In this document: positions 55,148-64,000 of the stretch, in pieces
How the letters are laid out: every line of letters starts with the position of its first letter
How positions within the stretch are numbered: the stretch's first letter is position 1
From: Balanoglossus misakiensis
Taxonomy: Eukaryota; Animalia; Hemichordata
Direction of reading: 5' to 3'
DNA length: 64,000 bases
NCBI GenBank assembly: GCA_040954595.2
Contig: CM082585.2
Location: 8,387,404 to 8,451,403 of the forward strand
Position numbers and translations under genes: made by a program
The notes under the pieces: generated by a model
The model's input: the letters and a program-made list of their open reading frames with translations, nothing else
Told to the model about the DNA's origin: nothing
Database searches by the model: none

Positions 55148-55750
55148 TGAATGAATGATTAGACGAGAAAGGTGTGATTTTTTGTCGGCTGTGAGCGTGT
55201 CTACATTTTACGTTTTTGTTGACATTGAATTATATTATGCGGTATCATAAATGTCACAGTGACGGTTATGACTCCGGTTACTTCGGTGATAATTTGTTTT
55301 GATCTGTACACAATATAAGAACGATAATGGTCGTCTAAGGATAATACGGACATCATCGACGAGCCCCTCCTCTTTGACCAAGTCTACGGATGACAACCTA
55401 CAGCATCTACTTCCGGCTATGTCTGAATTTTTTCCTTTCTACGCAAACCAGACGATGTGTTGAGGTATTTGAAACAGCACGTTGATTATCCGGTACTGAG
55501 AAATGTTGTTTAATAAAAAAAAAACCTGCAAGTTCAGGCGTAATGTAAATAATCCAGTTGTCTCATCCCATCCTATGCTTTCTTAGAATTAATGAACCTT
55601 GCGACCTGAACGGAATAGGCAATGCGTTTTAACATAATGTTTCCTTAGCCGTCCGTCACGACAGTCTTGTGAGAAAGTTACTTTTTTTCGAATTCCAGAT
55701 TTTACAATATATTCTGTACAACAATCAGGGGATTACACAGTTGTTATGAC

Positions 55751-55827
55751 AATGAATGAATATTGTACATTTCATGCAATGAATGAATATAGTACATTTC
55801 ATGCAATGAATGAATATAGTACATTTA
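55751..55827 (+). repeat. 27-bp tandem repeat, about 3 copies
   Basis: aatgaatgaatat(t/a)gtacatttcatgc repeated. Confidence 0.9.
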
Positions 55828-58800
55828 TGAGACCTTTGGCACTGTGGCAGTCGGTCGTGAACTTGACCCACATTCACAGTTGACAGAACTGCTCAACCCA
55901 TTATAATTTCCCCTAAACTCCGTTCCTCTTTATCACCATTGATTTGGCAGTCCGCACCAGTGGTGTCATCTGCTAACACTGTTGACATCCAAGGCTTTTC
56001 AAATCAACCGACCTTGCTGGCCCCTGATTACTGCCACAGCCAGACTCATTTACATAATCAAATCTACTGGGAAGATCGAGTCATATTTTTCCCCACCATT
56101 CATAAATTCAGTCACCTTAGTTGTGAACTAATGTGACCGAAATTATGACTGGGAACCACAACCACATTGTCTATTACTCATTCTAAATGCTGAAAGAGAG
56201 TTTGTCATATATGTGAAGCCTCCCAAGATATTGTCATGGTTTTGTTATGGTTTATGGAGATTTATAACTTGTTACATTGACAGTTCCCATAAAGTTACTG
56301 AGCGCTGAGTCTAGCCGATTATTTATGTACTTCACTTTGGCAAGGGGCCTCAAGGGAAAAAGAACTTATATAATCAGTAATTCTTTTTTCTGTAGTCGAT
56401 ATTAAAGCTGTGTTTCAGATGAATCTTTAACATGTAATTACCACAGGCAATTAAATGGACCTCACCTCTGCCTTGCTTATTTGGGAAAGGCATTCATTTC
56501 CCCCAACATATGTCTGAGTCATACATATTTAGACGCTCAGGTTTGCCATAGTGAAATTACTCTGCAATGATAAGGTCAGCCTTTGGTAATATTGTTATCC
56601 ACTTTGCAATACATATATGAATGAGGGCTTCATGCATTTTGATAAAGTTTGTACATGTATGTACGTAGTGTTGGACTGGTGAGATACAGACTTATAGGGA
56701 CTGCATCGTCATAATGTACTTGTCAAGTGTGTGAAGATGACATTGAACTTGTGAGTGTAAACATGAACTGATGGGGTCAAGTGCAATGACAGTACATAGA
56801 TTGTATAGATATCATGCAGAAAGACTTTTCATATGAATGACTACATAAGCATTGTACTCTAATGCTGTATACAAACAGACAACCTCATTTAGCATAATTT
56901 TCCCCAGAATAAGGTGGCGTCGATGGCATGATTGTCAAACCTATGGAGATTTTAGACACCATCTTGTTCTGTGGAACATGAAACTGAAATTGTGCCAGCC
57001 AATAGATTCATTTGCGTAGTATCAGTGACATCTTCTTTTTGCCAAAGCAGATCATTTAAGCATGCTCAGCCAGTTGTAAATAATACCGTGTATAAATTAG
57101 AATGCTCAATGTGCTGGAAAAAATAGGGCATATTGATATTTCATATTAGTTGAGTTCATGACTAAAGGAGTAAATACTTCCATTAAAATGTGTGCCATTC
57201 CATCAGTTTGTAATTAATGGCAGTAATCCAGATTCCTGCAGCCTGACCTGATCTCGGTGGCCCGCACGGATGCTGTGTAAATTTCATCTTGTTCGTCTCA
57301 ACATCAAATCAAGACCTCAGGTGTGCCACGGCGAGGCGGAGGCACATTCACACTTGCTTTGAGATGCAGAGCGTCCCGTCAGCAATAAAACAAAGTAAAA
57401 AAAACCTGCAGCCTGATCAGGTGATGCTATAGATCACAGGCCGGCATATAATTTCAGGAGTCTGCAACATTAGGGAATTGCACTGTAGAGTAAATGAGAT
57501 TTCATTTCACCTGACCTATTTTCTTGACTGGAATAATTGATGTAGACCCCTTATTATATATTTAACGAGACAGTTTGTCAACGCCTTAAATTCCATCCGT
57601 ACTGTGTCTTTCAGGATGACTGCACGCCCTTATAATTGACTCAGTTTTTGTAAAATTAAAAAATCCATACGTTTACTGTCAAACCGTATTGCTTCTTGTT
57701 AAGCAACTCAACATCATAGAGTTATTAAAAGGTACAGATCTGATAGATTGGTATTCTGGTAAATTTTCTTCTTTTTACCATATTAATCTGCTAAGACATC
57801 TTGAAGACAGTTGAACTAATATTAACATTAACTATGGTTAATCTCATGTGTTTACAAACATGTCTGTAGGTTGCCAAGCAACCAGACATCATCCCTTAGA
57901 TTAAAACATCATGTAAGATGCCCTTTTCAAGATACATTGCTTCTCATGAATCATCCACACACAAAATGTACAACATGTCCCATAATTTTCTTTTGTGATT
58001 TATAATGATTCTGTCTGTGCCATCTAGGGTAAAATGTGGGGGTTCACGTAATCTATCGATCTCCATTATTTTATCACATCATCGCAAGATATTGTGGCCA
58101 TACACAATTTCCATTTGTGTACCGCAGATTATTATCACCATGGCGTGGTCCAAATCCTCATAAGAGCGAAACAGGGATGAAAGGGTTACTGTTTCCAATG
58201 GCAAGGTTGGCTTCAAAAGTTATATTATTGGGAAAAAGGCAGAAGATTTATATATTATTGGCATCATGAGTCCTGAATGTTAGATTATTATTATTTGTTT
58301 TAATATTTGAGATGTCCCCCCCCCCCCAAAAAAAAGAAGAAAAAGTTGAGGTATGGGTACCTGGTAACAGCTTTGTCCAGTGATTTGCATGCCTGTGATG
58401 TGGCATTGGAACAGATTGCTGTCATAATGGGTATCCAACCAACATATGTGACACAGAGCTGTTAGTGTTACTGATAATACTATACGTAAGTTGTGTAGTG
58501 TCCTTATTTCGATTCTAGCTGCTGTAGCACTTGTTTTCCACTTCCCCTCTTTGAAAAAAAAACATGTGGGCATTATGGCTTATGAATGTTACTCTAGAGA
58601 AATAAGCGGATATTGATTGCAGCCTTGTCAATCTCACAAAAACCAGTTAAGGTACTGATTTTCAGTAAATTTCCAGTTCTATTACCCCAACTCTATTCCT
58701 AACCATACAGTTGTAGCTCTAACTGGCGGATGAAAAATGTCCAGATGGTAAACGTCTAGGGAGTTACCATCCTGACTTCGAAAATTCTGCAAGATTTTGC

Positions 58801-60349
58801 ATACATGTAATGGACTAGGGCTGGTTCTAGTGTGTGCCAACTGGTACAGTATGACACAGCCTCAACCTCATGCATATGGGATGCAAATGAGTTTCATTCA
58901 TAATCATAGGGAGATTTCAGTCAATATTGCCACATATCGATACGCGTGCGGTATAGTACTGGTATTAATCTCTGCATGGTTAAAACGGCACGAAAATCAG
59001 TTTAGTGTAGTAAAGCATAACATCAGTGCTACCGAAAGAAAACAGGCTTACAGTATCTGTGGTGTTATATGACAGTTTTGTTGGTTTTTTGTGACATGAT
59101 GAATTTTTTATTGGTACATGTACCTGTGTTCATACAGTCTATTGTCGGCGTATCGAGAAATTTTGTGTGGGTTCTTGGAAGTCGAGTTTGTGCTGTCGTC
59201 GATCTGCGAACATTCTGTGTACATGATGTACACTGTGTTGTGGATAATCCTTAAAATCTGATGGGCTCCACCAAGTCTCGCACATACAGCAGTTTGCATT
59301 TACCTTGCCTTTGTAAATTTTCTGCAAGATCTATCCAGTATTGTAACGGCAGATTTTGATCTGTTTGTGAGGGCAAATGCTTCAATGAACAGGCATACAA
59401 GCAATCATGTGTCATACATGTATTCATACACAATAAGCCGGTATTGACCAATTTCACTAACAACAGGGCACCATTAGTGGCAACTGTTCAAGCACAATTA
59501 CTGGCTATTACCTCCAGTGTTGCCGATTATCATGATTTCAGAGGAAATGAGTTGTACAAATTAAATTATGTGTCTTATTTGAGTGTTATTTTTCTTTCAA
59601 AGAGAGGTTGAAATTGGCTAAGAGTAGACCCCATCTTTGATGTTGTTTTCGTATCATATACATGTACATGCATATGTACATGTATATATACAGACATCCA
59701 TATGCTATGTTGAAAAGCTAATTACTTGACACTGACAGTTGCATGAATTGATCATGCATTTGTGGATGTTAGTTGAGCTTTAGATGTTCCAGTTATATTG
59801 GCTCAGTACTTAACATGTAAATTAGACATGTTTTATCATATCAAATAGTTGATCATCTATGGCTGTCATCAGATACATTCTGATCCCAACGATAAAATAA
59901 CTGTGACTGTGCAGAAGCTGTCATTCCGCTTGGTGACTAAGGCAATTAGGTAAATCGTAGATTAACAAGGGATCTGGCCTCCAGTTGAAGACAACCAGCT
60001 ATCAGTATCACTAGTTATTGGCACCTCTCAGGAAATAAGATTGCAAATGCGATTAGTGGAAGATAATTGATAAGTAACGAGATTGGTTTCAAATGCAGTG
60101 TGTAACAGTGTATTGTCTGTGGTCCCAACTGGACTTAAAGGTGGCAAAGTTGCTCACTTTTTAGTTTCTCTTGTATTGTACATGTATTTTGTAGAATTTT
60201 CTGCTGCAGACTGGTTTAGACCATCCTTCTTGGAAACTAGAATGATTGGTGTTCCTTAGTATAAATTTGGGTTGATGATATATTTCCATGATAAATCTTA
60301 AAGAAATACATCTCAGGAGTTCCTCTCTCAGGAATTGCTTGCCAAGTCA

Positions 60350-63300
60350 GCCATTAGTCAGATGTAGCCTTCGTCTTCCATTAAATCATATTTAGCCTCC
60401 ATCTTCATGGCCAGGCCTTGCCAGGAGTTGACCTTGTCTGGATGATTACATCGGCGTTCTATAAAGCTTTCTCTTCATCCTGAAGAAATACAGAGCATTT
60501 GGGGAGCCATCTTATTTATTATAAAACTCATTGCATACATTGACAGGCACAGTGGTAGACTATTGGCATGATATGTGATGTGATATTGCTGTTACCGATC
60601 GCTTGTTGTCGGTTTACATCCAGCAGTATTCATGACACAATGCCCACTCAGCAGCAGATGTTTATTGTAGAGATGAAATAATACCTTTATGTAATGATAT
60701 CTTCTTTTGCTTCTGTTTCTACCATATAATGTCTGATCCTGATATAAATATATTTAATTTTTGATAGACGCAAAATTTAAGCTGTTTCAGTCTTTCACAA
60801 CCACTTTTAATTTTATGTCTGTCTGGATTATTGTCGATGATTTGGATGAGTTTGACCGAACATGAAATAAAAAATGTTGGCGCCAGCAAATTTAACTTCT
60901 CACCGATATACTGTATTTGATTCGCAGGCAAACGCTTACACGGACGCACAATACAACATCTTAGCGCATTTGAAATATGCATTAAAAACATTCTTAAAAG
61001 GGGTTGCGATCAGCGCAGCTGAAAACCGAGCATGAAAGTGCTCTATGCAGGCAATGTGTATGTTGTATTGTGCTGTGGCTACAAGTCGAGCACGAGAAAA
61101 TTGTCAGTCGTTGATACTGTCCATGTAATTATGTAAAGTGTCAGAGTAGACGCTTTAGTGTTGATGCACGTAATTCATGTACCATGGCAGTTTACCCATG
61201 ACAGCTAGTCCTATTTCACTGGAAACAGTACTTAACCGAAATATAATATCGGCTAGTTTTCGTGTGTGTGTATGCATAACAACCACAAATTATCCAATCA
61301 TTATCTACCCCCGTTCCGTTTGTACACCTGGGACGTGTCCAGGTATTTTCTGTCGCTGGCATCGCTGCTCGCATTATTTTTTCATTTTAACGGTGTCTCC
61401 AATTTCGAAGAGGTCGTTGCACTGTAACCGTTTTATTAAGATTCTTTCAATGGTCTGTCTGGGAAGTGTGTTATTGTCAATTTCTGTAAAAGGCCAGCAG
61501 TTATGGATTGCGATGTCCTCCAAATTGTGGTTTCGTGATCGGAATTTTAAGTAGCCCCGCACTAGGGCAACATTGCGAAAAGAGAAATCTGCCACTAGGG
61601 TATAAACATCTACAGCTCCTTGGAAATCAAATATCAGTACTCTAATTTCATCAGTAGCCAAGTTCTGCTCATTTGAAACCACACAAATTTTAATACTCAA
61701 GCGATATCTTTGAACAAAATATGCTGACAATTTCCACTGAAATAATGTGGTGTCTGTATCAGTTTCCATGCCAACATGCAATTTTTTGCAGTTTAATCGT
61801 CATTGCAGTAAACAGATATCTTTTAAAGAGCAATTTTGTGAAAATTGCTCAATATTAAATTTCTTGAGGGGCCTTTCACTCATCCATATTTGTTGGATCA
61901 TATGGATCTAAAAGTAATCTGATGAATGGAAAAAGTTTGAAAATACAGAAAGTTGCACGAGATGCTTGACAGGTTTGGGTCAAAGGTCACTGCAGAATGG
62001 ATCGACTGGCAGCCCCATGTGACATCATGAATGATGAATTTTATGTATCTGGACAACGAGAAGATTATCGTTGTCAAAATAGAATATGATTATACGGTGA
62101 ACTTGAATTTTCACTTTGCAAAGTGTACTGTGTTCAAAGGGATGGTGGACATGTGTTTTTGATGATTTGAAACGTAATTGCTGACTGCTGTTCACGGACG
62201 AAAAAGACATCAATATGCTTCAAGACACTTCGCTTTTAAGTGTAGACATATGACTAACGCACAGCCACACACACTGGACTGTTGTAAATATTTGAATCCA
62301 ACCCATCATGTAAATATTTCAAGATGTGCGTAGAAGTACTTCAAGCTTCCAGCTATTTGAAATCTTCGAAAACCAGAGAAGACATTGTATACATTTGAGA
62401 TTCCTTTGTAGGATTTTATTCAACTTAATGATATTGTCCCTCGCTGCTAGAATTATGCTGCCATAATGCATTTTTAAGACGGTGCATGTGCTGTGTGCAC
62501 ACCATGAATTGAGGTAATATAACACAATGAAATTTACATACTGTTGAATATGAATCTGAAATCGATTGCCATCAATCAAAATATCTGTCAGCATGAAAAA
62601 TCTCCCACTGATGAAGGAAAATTGCTACGCGCTCTGATGAAATATATTATCATTACGTAAATATGCAGGTTTATAACGACGCAGTTATTCATTATCCCGT
62701 TCTTCAGATAAAAACACACATTATCATTAATGTAAGGATTATAATCAACATGGTAAAGCAGGCGAGTCAGGGGCTAATAACAGCCCTCATCTAGTCTGGG
62801 CCAGTACGGTAGGGCTTGTTTGGCACGGGCATGCTTACCTGTGAGCGTGGACCGGAATATGTGATTTGGCCATACGAGAAATTTCTTTAGATGGGCAGGT
62901 TTGACATGATTGAAGCCTTTCCCAGCAGTGCCAGTGCATGTCAAACCACAGAGAGCTGCTTGTTAGTAAACGTAGGAATAAATACACATTGAAAGAAGGT
63001 AATTTTTGTATCAGCATTATGATTGTAATTAGCTGATGTTTATTATGAAAAAATAATCTATTTCGATTTAAAAATATATATACTAGCGTCATAACACTCC
63101 TTAGTGTAGACATGGTTGAAACATTTGACTCATACAGTCTAATCTAACTGACTTACAAGCAATGGTGTTGTCAAATCAAGTGATGTTCACTAATTGTGAC
63201 AGAGATTGTGAAATAAGCTAGATACATGGGACACTCACAGATACTGGCTGAATCACGAGCCATGAAACGGTGCTACATAAACATGGTCATTTGCGCGAAG

Positions 63301-63905
63301 CAGAATGCAGCATCCAAGATGATGTACCTATACGAGATGCATGTCAATGAACCAAGACCCGTCAATGAGAGGCCGCAACTGGGGAGGGCACGCATCTTTC
63401 TTTATACTGTCAATTTTCCAAACAATTTATCTCGTACTTTTATTTTGAATGATATCTAAGCACCAAGTGGAGAATTATACTGCAATTTGTATTAAAATTT
63501 ATGAACAGTTAGTTGGATGTATAAGAAGCAGTAAAGATGTTAATTTTAAAGTTTTGACCATCTCATGCAATATAAAATGAATTTATGCATTTTCTTAACA
63601 GATTCAATCTTACTTTTGTGTGGATCGTTGGCTGTCTAAAGTCTCTCAGTCTTCTGGTCTGGCAAGTCATAATTTGTAATTTGCGTGCCAAAATTGCGTC
63701 GACCTACAAGGAAATATTGAATATGCATGTGTGTGTGTATATGTGCCCCTTGTTGATTTCACCCACCCTGTCCATCAACACCTACACCTGAAAGATTCTC
63801 TCGTTCAAGACGGCGCATGTTCAGTCAATCTGCATCATCTGTCCTCTCTTCTGTATTCTGCATTAATTGAAACAGGAAATACCTTCTCATCTCCGTGGAA
63901 GCCAC
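60350..63905 (-). pseudogene. Possible decayed LRR-type gene or spliced antisense transcript inside Rab6 intron 1
   Basis: Exon-like blocks with canonical sites at 63905-63768, 63327-63239, 62955-62839 and an acceptor before 62607. LRR-like fragments LTDILIDGNRF, LEDIAIHNC, LPANQIQYI are interrupted by stops and frameshifts. Confidence 0.3.
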
Positions 63906-64000
63906 CTGTAATTGAATTCTGATAACAGGTATTGGCGAGCGGACAGAATGTCAGTAGTACTCGGAAAAAGGAAATCTGGAGTGCAATCTCTGTATTTCAT

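Noticed and set aside
55751-55827. Regularly spaced repeat considered as CRISPR-like
   Set aside because: Head-to-tail tandem copies with no spacers, in a eukaryotic intron.
59068-59080. tatgacagttttg resembling Rab6 exon 2 (YDSF)
   Set aside because: Flanks do not encode GKTSLITRFM or DNTYQ, so it is a chance match.
63239-63905. In-frame TGA codons in the minus-strand exon-like blocks as possible selenocysteine
   Set aside because: No SECIS or selenoprotein motif seen; decay or non-coding status is simpler.

Overview
Gene-dense window from an intron-containing animal genome. An invertebrate deuterostome such as a hemichordate is plausible, but that is inference from gene content and composition only. 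In order it holds: the 3' part of an Ig-domain/mucin-stalk receptor with an ITAM-like tail; a 7-exon ADP-ribosyl cyclase (CD38 family, minus); a C-type-lectin/EGF mosaic gene whose 3' half appears decayed (minus); an 11-exon CYP20A1-like P450; a class A GPCR with an intronless CDS; an ankyrin-SOCS box (ASB-like) gene head-to-head with a C5orf34 homologue containing a U12-type intron; CAB39/MO25 (minus) head-to-head with a flavin-containing monooxygenase; and exon 1 of Rab6, whose long first intron holds what looks like a decayed antisense LRR-type gene. Several MITE-like inverted repeats and a striking excess of the palindrome TACATGTA occur. No tRNA, rRNA or CRISPR was seen. Exon boundaries were read by eye from GT-AG sites and frame continuity. 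I found no clear-cut novel multi-gene system; the best leads are listed as findings.
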